Of a DNA stretch of 248,000 nt, positions 71,950 to 84,052 are shown piece after piece. This DNA is from Octopus vulgaris. Lineage: Eukaryota. The notes under the pieces are model-generated. The model searched no databases and was not told the DNA's origin. It was given only the letters and a program-made list of their open reading frames with translations. Location: assembly GCA_951406725.2 (NCBI GenBank), contig OX597817.1:87812001-88060000 (forward strand), written 5' to 3'. Position 1 is the first letter of the stretch, and every line of letters starts with the position of its first letter. The translations under genes were made by a program, and so were the position numbers.

Positions 71950-73205
71950 AATTTAAGGTGGAGTACTTGCACTGACTGAGACTGATCCTTAAGTTGAAAT
72001 TAAATGGACGGAATAAGATCGAAGCTATCAACACCTAGATGGTTTCGCTCCTTAGATATGGAGCAGGGGTAATTGCATGGACAGTAGACTAACTAAACAG
72101 CATAGACAGAAAGACAAGAATGTTGCTAACTAGATATGGGTAACTCCACCCAAAAAGTGATACAGTCAGACTGTATGTACCAAGAAAAAGAGCGGGGAGT
72201 GGACTTATTGGATGCGAACACAGCATTAGAGCAGAAGAAAACAACATAGCATGGTATGTAAAAAATGCCACAGAACTGCTATTATTAGAAGTAAGAAGAT
72301 CAGGCTTGTGTAATGAAAGATTGCAAAGATAAAGCACTATATAAGAAATTGAAAACGAGTGAAACTGAAAATAGGTGGATAAAGAAAAGAATGCATGGTC
72401 AATTTCATAGGGATGTTGAAGATAAGACAAACAGAGAAAAAAGATGGCTGTGGATGACTAAGAGTGATTTAAAACCAGAAATGGAGGCTCTCATCTGTGC
72501 TGCCCAAGAGCAAGTACTAAGAACAAACTACATAAAATACGGAATAGACAACACAACAGTCAGTGATAAGTGCAGAATCTGTGGACAAAATGGTGAAACC
72601 ATATGGTATATTACCAGCCAATGTGCACCACTAGCCCAGAAGGAATATAAGAGATGCCACAACAATATAGCCAAGTTTGTCCATTAGACACTTTGCAACA
72701 AGTATGGACTTGACAGAGCAAAAATTTGGTATGACCACAAACCTGAAGGGATCGTCAAAAATAGAAATGCAAAGATCCAATGGGATTTTATGATTAAGTG
72801 CAACCATGAGATAGAGAATAGGAAGCCGGATATAGTCTTAATTGAGAAAGAAAACATCATAGATATAGCATGCCCAGCTGACAACAAGGTATGCGATAAG
72901 GAAGAAAGGAAATTTGATAGATATGTCAGATTAGCTTGGGAAGTTAAGCAGTTGTGGTCAATGAAAAAGGTAGCAGTAGTACCAATAATTTTCGGAGCCC
73001 TAGGAACAGTGAGCAAAAACCCTGAGAAGTACATGGAACAAATAGGGGCTGCAATGAGGGTGGAGCACTTGCAGAAAACAGCACTACTTGAAACTACTCG
73101 AATACTCCAGAAGGTGCTTGAAAAATAAGAGGTGTTACCTTAGTTCACTAGTACTGAACAGCTGACACTGTAGTACATCTCCAGCATTAGAAGCTGTGCA
73201 AAGTC
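71950..73205 (+). mobile_element. 5'-truncated R4/Dong-type (restriction-like endonuclease) non-LTR element in (TAA)n
   Basis: CRICGQNGETIWYITSQC zinc knuckle, RKPDIVLI..IIDIACP and VVPIIFGALG motifs; (TAA)n on both sides. Confidence 0.85.
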
Positions 73206-73248
<43 letters not shown>

Positions 73249-75909
73249 TTGAAAAATACCTTAGGAAATAGAACCCAGGTTTGAAATTTCCCCAAAACAT
73301 CTGATGATGGTTGGAGAGTATATCAGCCAAAACGTGTTAACAACAAACAAGATGACGACAAATATCCATCAAATGTAAATAATGTATGAGTATTTCTTCA
73401 CATATACTGTTCATATAAATGTATACATGCATTTAGTCTGTGTGTGTGTGTGTGTGTACACAAATATATATCTGTATATGTTTTGGCTCATTTGCTTATT
73501 TGAAATGTTGAGAAACTTGAAAATAATTTTTTTTTAAGTTGCTCTTCCAAAGAAAGCTATAAGTAATAAATTACATAATATTGAGTAAAAAAAACCCTTT
73601 GAATAAGATAAAATAGATATAATCACTTATACAAAATGAACAACATGTTTACTGTATGTCAGACAGTTATCGGGATTAGGAGTTTATCTGTAAAAGTGAG
73701 AGAGTGAATCTTTTTAAGGGGCTACTGATGAAGAGCCATGCTATAAACATCACAGCCCCTTTTGTTTTATCTTAAACTTTCTCTTGGCATCCATTTGACT
73801 TTTGTTTTTTTTTTCTGTTTTTGTTTTTATTTTTGACTTGTTTGTGTGTGTACATATATATATATATATCCTCATCATCACCATCACTCATCTTCCATGC
73901 TGGCATGGGTTGTCCAGTTTGACAGGAGCTAGCTAGGTAGAAAACCACTCCAGGCTTCTGTGTCTGTTTTGGCATGGTTTTTATATGCCAACCACTTCAC
74001 ATTGTGGACCAGATGCTTTTTATGTGACTCCAGCTCCAGCAGGGTCACCAAGTAACTTGCAAGACAAGGAATTTTGAGAAGGAAGAGGACTTTAGAGGAA
74101 GGGATCTTGTGTCAGATGACGAAATGTTAGAGTGTAACATTTGTTCACATTCTCATCTATTGCACACACATGCATACACACATTCTTCATACTGTGAAAT
74201 GCAAAATGGTGCAAGAATGCATTTTGCACCAAAAGCCAATATGGGAGTTTCATTCATGGTATCTTCTGGAGTGTAGTGTTCTAAGAGAACATCCATGTTT
74301 AAGTGGGGATAAATAATGCATGAATGAAACAAAAGTGAGTTATCTATGCTTTAACTATTGATGTTGTGAGAGACAGATAGATCATCTTTGTACAATCTGG
74401 AGATGTGGAGTCTTGCACACATGTTAATATTCTTCAATAACATCTATTATTATTAAATATGTATTTTCCAGTTTCACATAAGTTTCATGCTCTTTTCTTC
74501 TGAAACAACACCAAAGCCAGTTATTGTTTCTTGCACAACATTGCCTCACAGATCACACAACAATAAACATATAACCAGCCAATCATTTTCTGCTCAACAC
74601 ATTCTTGTAAATTTAGGTAGAACTTACCACTGAGTGGATCATGCCTCCCTATGATGGAGATATGAAAAGCTATTATAACACCAGATTGGAGTATACAGAC
74701 AAACTATACTTGACTCAGAGAGAACATATTTAAAAATATATTTCAACCAGCACACAAACTTCTTTAAGTTCAGTGGTGGAATCAGTACCACCTCTCTCTC
74801 ACAGTACGCCTAGAAACTAAAGGACAATGCAGTGAAAAATATCCCCATAGCTTGGAATGTACATGAGACTTCACATCCATATACCAAGGATGATAAATTG
74901 CATCATCTCATTTTTTTCTCATCTTTTTCTAAATTATTCTTTCTTTACTATTTATTTTGTTTTTTAACTATTAATTCGATGGTCATATTTGATGTTAGAA
75001 ATATGTTACATATAAGATTTGTAGCTAGTTGAATTAAGATATATTTTCCTACAGAATGAACTGATCCACCACTTCAAATACTATATGTACATTTGGGGTT
75101 TGAAGGAGGACCTGCTGTGTAGACTTTGTGAAGAAAGGGACACTCTGGCACAGCTTGTCAGGGCACAAAATAGCACTTACACAACAGAGATACAAGTGGC
75201 GCCATGACTAGGTGCTTGCAACACTAGCTCACATCCTGCAGCAGGATAGGCTCAAGAAACATCATCATACCATCTGATGATATCAGTTCCTTTTGGCCAA
75301 AGCTCCATTCACTTGGGTGAATAGAAAAGAAGTACCTTCTAGGTGTCATCAGAATATCCCATAGAATGGAATGATCCACCACTTTAAATACTATATGCCC
75401 CATATGTAAGCAGTGGGAGAATTATATAATTAACAAATAGTTTGTTGATTTGCAATACTGAACTTAATTCTATTTATTTTATCTGCTGTATGTAATAACA
75501 TTTTGGTCTGTCTGTCATTAAAGAATGTAATAATGTTGGAGTATGTCTGTCATTATGAAGGTAATAACATTGGGTTATGACTGTGTTGTTATAAAAAATA
75601 ATAATATTGTGGTGTGTATTTGCCATTGTAGAAGATAATAACATAAGGCATTGTGGTGTATCTGTATCATTACAGAAGGTAATAACTTAAAGGTGTGTCT
75701 GTCATTACAAAAGGTAATAACATTTTGGTGTGTCTTGGTCATTGTAGAAGGTAATAACATTGGGATGTGACTGTGTCGTTATAGAAGGTAAGGACATTGG
75801 AGTATGTCTATGTCATTATTGAAAGTGATAACATCAGCATTTATCTGTGTCATTATAGAGAGGACATTATGATGTATCAAGTGTCATCAAATTTCAACTT
75901 CCTTTTCAG

Positions 75910-76108
75910 GACTGCTGTTGCTCATCAACTTGCTCAGTTTACTGAGATTTGCTTGATGAATTCAGGAAATGAAAAATTTAATTGGCCATCTCAGAAGACA
76001 GTTGCAGAAACTTTATATGTGTGTCGCCTACTGTACAATACTTGTGAAGGTTTACATATCCTACAGAATTATCAGCTCCACAACTGCATAAAATATGCCT
76101 GGATTGAG
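75910..76108 (+). CDS. TBC1D32: TBC1D32 exon
   Basis: ttttcag/gtaaga; TAVAHQLAQFTE...VCRLLYNTCEGLHILQNYQLHNCIKYAWIE; phase 2-0. Confidence 0.9.
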
Positions 76109-78589
76109 GTAAGATACACACACACAAAATTTAAATGTGTGAAATATTTTTGCCTTATCCAATCACCTTGGTAAAGAGTAGATATCACTGTTATTGGTAA
76201 TGTAACAAAATCATTTAGTAGAGATATATGTTGTACTCAAGTAGACATGAAATATTAGCATGTTTAAAAAAAATAAATCACTGAGGAAAATTACTCAGCG
76301 ACATCATCTGTATGGAAAACAAACAGAGGACCAAGATATGTTGCACATTGCTGTACTTAAGAAGACCCTGTCCACCACAACAGACCTCCTAAAACTATCC
76401 AACCCATACCAGTATGGAAAGCAGATGTAAAAACGATGGTGAAGATAGTGTGTGCGCATGTGTGTGTGTTTGTCTGTGTTTATGTTTGAGTTTATGACAT
76501 ATCTCTTTATATACAGTAATCTTGTAGTTCATCAAACAGAATTTGATAAACTTAGTACCTGACTGAAGTACTAGGGTCAATACAACATTCAAAGCTGCCC
76601 CAGGCACTGCCACTTTCTAAAGACTGAAACCAATGAGAAAGAAAACCCATCTGTATACTTAAATACACAGATGTGTTTAGATTGTTGAAGGTTTGTGCCT
76701 ACACTCTTATATACAAGCATATAGGAGCGTTAGAATATATTTTAATCCTTTTGTATTTAAACCAGCCATATCTGGCTGAAATACTCTACTTGCTTTATGT
76801 TCAAATTGACCAGATCCAACATCTCACACCTATTCGACATCATTGTAAAAATAAACAACCACATCATTGAAGCTGCAAGATAGTGCATTGTTTAATTTAA
76901 AACATTGAGAATAAATAAGCATTACATTTGACAGAATTATCTAGATGCTAAAAGGTTAAACTTTTGAGAAAATTTACTTTTCATGTGTCTGGAAACAAGA
77001 TCATATTAATAACAGAAAAATTAATAAAAATTTTTAATTATCAATTCTGTCTATTCTGTCAGCTTCTAGTTATTATTGCTTATATGCAGTATTACCATTT
77101 AATATGTTATGAAACTTTGCACAATGTTCAACTTGTGTTTTCTTGTGTTCTTTTGGATTGCATTCACTTAAATTATGATTATGGCGTTTTGTTTACTTTA
77201 TCAATTGCAATTATTTTTAGAGGTGTGAAATTTATTAACTGCTAACTTATGATTTATTGGGTTTCAGCTTGATTTATGCTCAGTGATTCTACTTCACTTT
77301 TTTGTGGAGTAATCACTATACAATTGTATCTAAAATGTTCTTTTAACGGCATGCTTTAAACCTTTCTCCAATAGTGTATATATACATATATATATAATTA
77401 TTTGCAAGATTCAATAGAAACGAGGTATTTTAACAATAAGGACTCCAAGATAGATTCATGGACAGCATACCTGTGTATCGACTGTGTGTACAGACACTCA
77501 CATATTTACTAGAGTATATACATATCTGTCCTTCCTGTTATGCATACATTCACAAGTGTAGACTAAATACATACAACATATACATAAAAATCGCATAAGA
77601 GTATACTCCAGCATGCAATCCATGGTCCACTGTAGGCTCAACATCCAATGTAGGGAAGGTTCTGAGTGTGATGTAGTATAAATAATAAACAAATGGGCTG
77701 ATGATCACTACAGCTGTTTTGGATATGTTTTTTATTGGTGAACTAATCGATTACATCATGTTAAAAAAATGTTTTCTTCAGGTGAATTAAAATTTAACAT
77801 TTAGAATTTTTCATACAAAGTGTGTAGAATGCATATTGACTCTCTCATCTTGGTACCGGTTGAGAAAGTAAATTGGGGAATGCTATTTTGAAGTTAAATA
77901 GATGTAGCAATAAATATGTCCTCGCCTCTAGAGAATGGAGGTTAAACAAAAAGAACTCACATCCCAATCATGAGAAGCTAGAGTTTAAGCAGTGGTGCTA
78001 ATTACTAGATAAAATAGATAGGGTGGCTCAATAAGTTAGCTTACATGCTGTGAAAACATGTGAGGAAATAAAAGATGAGAGATAATAAAAATAAAAATAA
78101 AATTAAATTAAAAAAGTACAAATAAAATTATCAGAATAACCATTATAAGAAAACAATAAAAAACAAAATGTAAAACATATGCTTGTATCTATGTCAAAGT
78201 CTGTGAGACTACATGCTGAATCTGGACAGAGTGGTGTCTTCCAGTTCAACAAGAGAAATTTGTCCATATGCCTACATTTAATAAAAATTTCAGATCTGGA
78301 ATTTAGTAGATCTTAGATCTAATGGCAGTATGAGATCTTTCAGCCTCACAAAACCTGCATCTCTTTGATCTACTAACATATGGTGTAGATTGTTCCACGA
78401 TGCTCCACCTGATGGTGGCCTTCAGATCCCATTTATAGCTATTTCTAATTTTATCGCTTTCTTCTTATCTATGTGTTGGAAAGAAGACTGGTGGTTTTCA
78501 CATCTTTCTTTTATAAGTCACCTTGGTATATACCAATGTAATTTTTCTTGTATATCAATAATTTTAGCAAGTTCTGCTTGATTCCATAG

Positions 78590-78678
78590 GCCTCTCTTGA
78601 AGCTGAGAATTCTAAGACACCAATACCAGAAGAAGATGACAAAGAAAAAGATACTTTAAAAAGCAACTCAAAAAGCTG
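78590..78678 (+). CDS. TBC1D32: TBC1D32 exon
   Basis: ccatag/gtaagt; ASLEAENSKTPIPEEDDKEKDTLKSNSKS; phase 0-2. Confidence 0.8.
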
Positions 78679-80756
78679 GTAAGTCAACTTTTTAACTTTG
78701 TGTGTTTACATGGTCAGATTGGCTAATATACTTTCAGAACAATTACCTTCCCTGCTAATTACATCTCCTAGGTAACAAAAGCTATCAACAACTTTTGTTG
78801 TGAGCTATCCAGACATTTAAGAGAATCTATTTCTAGTATTCTTGTAGCATGTACAGCTTAGATGCATCTATCATATATGAAACTTACTTCCTCTCTTAGT
78901 CTATCTGTTATTCTACTATATCTTTTGTGTACGTATAGCTTACACTGGATACAACATATGGTATCTATACTTACTTTTCTGTTTATCAAGCAAAATACAA
79001 TTCCTGGAGACACCAGGGTCCTGTGTTCTTTCCCACTTACTAAGACCTTACAAAAAACTTTACCAAGTTTACTTTGAGGCTTCTGGATTCTAGGTTTAGC
79101 TTTCTTGCTAGGTATTTCCTCTTAAATTCACTTATAGATTCAGCTATGAGAATTAGATTATCAATATATAGGAATCCCCATGGACAACCAGTCTTAAAAT
79201 CCTCTTTGATTACCTATAGGACTTTGATGAATAAGAGTAGATTAAAGACTGAACCTTGCTGGACTCCTGCCTTCACACTAAATTCATCACTAAAATCATT
79301 GTTGACTTTCACTTTACTTATTGTCTTTGTTCATAGTTTGTACAGTTCCCACAGGCCATTTGTCTACACCAAGTTTTCTTAGACTGTGGAAACTGTACAA
79401 ACTATGAACAAAGTAAGTAAAGTGTCAACAATGATTTGATAGAATGCTACCCTATCAAATGCCTTTTCCAGTCAATGAATTTCAGAAATAATGGTTTAGT
79501 CTTACCAAATATTTCTCTTGCCATTGCCTCACAGTGAAGATTGCATCAGTGGTACTTCTTCTAGGCACAAAGCCAAGCTGCATCTCTTCTAGGTTTACTC
79601 AATTGATCTATCACAGATCAACTGTGCTATGGTTCTTTCCATGACTTTATAATATGATCCAGTTGTTTGATTCCACTATAATTTCTTCTCTGTAAGGCAC
79701 CTCCTTTCCCTTTGTAGCAGTTTACAATAATAGTGCTACATCAGTCTTTAGGCATGACACCTGCCTGTATAACTTGATTAACTACCCAGGTAGTAATCAT
79801 GAATCCTACCTCACAAGATTTTTTTAAACACCTCTGCAACTACAGACCAACAGATTTTCTCTCTCTTTTCTTGTCCTTAATTGCTTTATTTACCACACTG
79901 CTGTAAACTTTAATTGCTAGTCCCTCTTGTTTAAGCATGAGATAGTCTCCCTATATTCCATGCATTTTCCACATTCAACAATCTTTCACAATAGTGTCTT
80001 TCTTATGGAAGACACTTGCTTGTCTTCCATAATTATGGTGCGTATGTTTTCATTGTCCCAAATACACTTCTCACCAATGACATCTCAGTTCTCACTCACA
80101 CACTGTTTTGCAATCCTAATCATTTTACACCTCTGATCCTCATGTTATGTTTAAATCTCTATCTGCCGTACTCTTTGCCAAATATAGCTGCCACCTAGCT
80201 GCTCTTCTAGCTATTAGGTAATACTCCCTCCTACCACCTTCCTTCCTTCCAGGTTTTTAAGCCTGTTTCTCAGCCTATCAACCATATCATTCCACCTCCA
80301 TATTAATTTCAAATTTTGGCACAAGGTCAACAAGTTCAGGAGTGGGTCTTAGTTGATTAAACCAGCCTCAGTGTTCAACTGATACTTATGTTATCAACCC
80401 TGCAAGGATGGAAAACAAAGTCATATTACCTTTGGTTTGGTTGGAACTTTTCAGCAGCCTCATGTCTGACCTGTAGCCCAATGCAGGTTATTTCATATAA
80501 ATTCCCAGTTGTCACCTATGCTACAGGTATTTTTTTCTCCTTTATCTTTTTTATTTGTCTCAATCATTTGACTACAGCTATGCTGGAGCACCACCTTGAA
80601 GGGTTTTAGTCAAACAAATTCACCCCAGGATGTATTTCTTAATCCTAGTACTTATTCTATTAGTATTTACAGGGACATAAACACACTAACACCAGTTGTC
80701 AAAGTAATGAGAGGACAAACACAGACAAGCACACAGATACATATATATATATTATC

Positions 80757-82159
80757 GGTGCCACCTCACTCTCCCGCGAACATCTAGATTCCTTCCTCTC
80801 TTTCGTCCAATCTTTCCATCCAGCCCTCCACTTCACTTCCACTATCTCCAACACCTCTGTCTCCTTCCTCGACATTTCGGTTAGCATTCTTCACTCCACT
80901 CTTACCACCTCCATTCACTACAAACACACAGACTCACACTCATACCTCAACTTCTCTTCCTCCCACCCAGAACACACCAAGCTTTCCATCCCCTATTCCC
81001 AATTCCTCCGTCTACGTAGGCTCTGTAGTGACGACCATGACTTTGAGACTCAGTCTCAACGTATGGCTCACCACTTCACCCTACGTGGATACCCCCTCAC
81101 CACTATCCACACCGCCCTTGCCAGAGCACGGTCCGTGGACCGTGTATCTGCTCTCTCTCCCCGAACCCGCCCTGTAGTCTCCCGCCTCCCTTTTCCCCTC
81201 ACTTACCACCCCACGACCCTACGTCTCCAACGCACCATTCTTCGAGCTTTCCGTCATCTCCAGTCCGACCCGTCCACTTCACACCTCTTCCCTAACCGAC
81301 CCCTCCCCTCTTTCAAACGAGCCCACAACCTTCGAGACCTTTTGGTCCATAGCTCCTTCCCTGACCCTACCTCCCAACCCGGCTCGTTCCCCTGCTCCCG
81401 CCCACGTTGCCGCACTTGCCCTTACCTCTCCAACACCACCCGCCTCACTAGCACCCACCATCGACCCTATCCCATCATCCACTCCTTCACCTGCACCTCC
81501 AGCAATATTATCTATTGCATCTCTTGCTCTCTCTGCAATTCCTTGTACATCGGACAAACGGGACGCCGCTTGGCTGACCGGTTCGCGGAACACCTTCGTG
81601 ACATCCACCTTGCGAACGACACACCGGTCTCACGCCATTTCCGCTCCACCGGTCACTCCTTGCAACACCTATCTGTGTTCGGTTTGTCCTTACACAGAGG
81701 CCATCCGGATTCCCGTTTGCGCCGTGAACAGGAATTAATCTTCTCTCTTCGCTCTTATACGCCATTTGGTCTCAACTCTCCCCCCTCCTCATCTAACCCC
81801 CTCTCCCCCTCCTCACCTATCCTTTCTCCCCCGACCCCTACTTCTTCAGTCCTTCATCCTTTCACCCCCTACTCCCCTTCCCTTCTTCCCTCTTTCTCCC
81901 TCCCTCTTCCCCTTCCCTCTGCTCCCTCACTCCCTCTCTCCCCTTCTCTCTCCCCCTCTCCCTCTTTCCTCCTTCATCCCCCTCATCCCCTTCCTTCTCC
82001 CTCTGTGTATCTTTCTCTCTCTGTGTATCTTTCTGTTGAAGAGCGTAGGCTCGAAACGTTAAAGACTTGTTTTATTTATATTTCCTGAGCGCCATACTAA
82101 TACAATTGTTCGTTTGTTTTCCACCTGCCTTCGTCTTTTGTTTATTTTCATAAAGCTTC

Positions 82160-82160
<1 letters not shown>
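80757..82160 (+). mobile_element. 5'-truncated Penelope-like element, open RT-thumb + GIY-YIG ORF
   Basis: Frame open from ~80757 (SFLDISV..YKHTDSHSYL..IPYSQFLRLRRLCS) through CSRPRCRTC, NIIYCISCSLCNSLYIGQTGRRLADRFAEH to GLN. Confidence 0.92.
82028..82065 (+). ncRNA. Minimal type-I hammerhead-like motif, variant core
   Basis: tcttt-CTGTTGA-a-gagc(gtag)gctc-GAAA-CGTT-aaaga; stem I 5 bp, stem II 4 bp, ACGT palindromic stem III. Confidence 0.55.
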
Positions 82161-82202
<42 letters not shown>

Positions 82203-83965
82203 CCAGTGGTGCCTCGACTGGCTTCCATAAAATGCACCATCCGAATTGTGGCCGATGCCAGCGCCGCCTCGACTGGCTTCCATGTCGGTGACACGTAAAA
82301 AGCACCATCCGAATCGTAGCCAAAGCCAGTGCCGCCTTGACTGGCTTCCATAAAATGCACCAATCCGACCGTGGCCGATGCCAGCCTCGCCTGGCACCAG
82401 TGCAGGTGGCACGTAAAAAGCACCCACTACACTCACGGAGTGGTTGGCATTAGGAAGGGCATCCAGCTGTAGAAACTTTGCCAGATAAGACCGGAGCCTG
82501 GTGCAGCCTTCTGGCTTCCCAGATCCCCGGTCGAACCGTCCAACCCATGCTAGCATGGAGAACGGATGTTAAACGATGATGATGATGATGATGATGATGA
82601 TATATATATACACACACACACACACACAACAGGCTTCCAGTTTCTATCTACCAAATCCTCTCACAAGGCTTTGGTTGGCCTAAGGCTATAAGTAGAATAT
82701 ACTTGCCCAAGATGCCACACAATGGGACTGAGCCCAGAAACATGTGGTTAAGAATCATGCTTCTTACTACACAACCACACCAGCGCCTATGTTCTAAATC
82801 ATTCTTTCTACGGTCATGTGTCAATTAGAATTTCTCTGCACCAATTTTCAATTGTGAAATCTTTTAGTTTCCATATCTTCATTCTCAATCTCATCTTTCA
82901 TTTTGGTGCCTAACTTTGATTTTGAAGTTACACACCACCGATTAATGTTGTGTAGTACATCCTTCATCACATATTTTAAAAGATTATATGTGGAAAAATG
83001 TTTCTAAAATATAATAACAATTGCTGGCAAAGATCATTTGGAAGGTGGAGGGGGTCAGTTGCTTCATAGTTGGAAGAAGAAAACAAAATCCTAGTAGTAA
83101 TTGATAGAAACAATCAAACAAAAGGGGAAATAATTTTAAAACCTTAAGAATTTTACAGATAATTGAAATTTCATGCTTAGCAAAAAATTCTGATCTTTGT
83201 TAAGGGGGACAACTCTGAACATATTTCATTATTTGATACTTGTCAGCATCTATGATGCAAACATCAGCAACAAATATTAGTTATAATTAGCAGTACCTAT
83301 GGAAGTTCCACAATTATTTTGAAAATTGTATTATGAAATTGTATATTTTTTCTGAAACATTTGATTCTTGAGATATAAAAATTCACATTGGCTGCATTGA
83401 AGAGGCAATCAATCAATCAAACTGGCTAGCTACCTACCTATCAACCTCTACCTACCTACCTATCAACCTCTACCTACCTATCAACCTCTACGTACCTGTC
83501 TACTGTCCTATCTATCTACCTTCATACCTACCTATCCATCTATCTATCTATCTATCATTTTCTACTTACATTTGATGTATATATCTACTCTAACAATACA
83601 GACAAACATTTAAACCAAATAACTCAAAATTATAAGAAAACTAAATAATTGTGATGACCTTGCATGGCATCAACTGCTACACATAAACAGGTAAAAGTTA
83701 GATCCACAGCTATTTGCTAAGGTTATTTCACTTTGATTTAACTATGTATCAGTATATCTAGCTATCTGTCTTTCTATCTTCTATCTCTCAATGAATCTAT
83801 CTAGCCACATAGATACATCAGTGAATTGATGATATACAAATGGTTATACATTAAAACCTGTAACAACAACTAAACTTTTATTGTCTGTCACAATATTTTG
83901 TTATACTAGGTTTAAAATTATGTAACTGCTTTCCACTCCTGCATTCCTTTCAAGCAACACTCACT

Positions 83966-84052
<87 letters not shown>

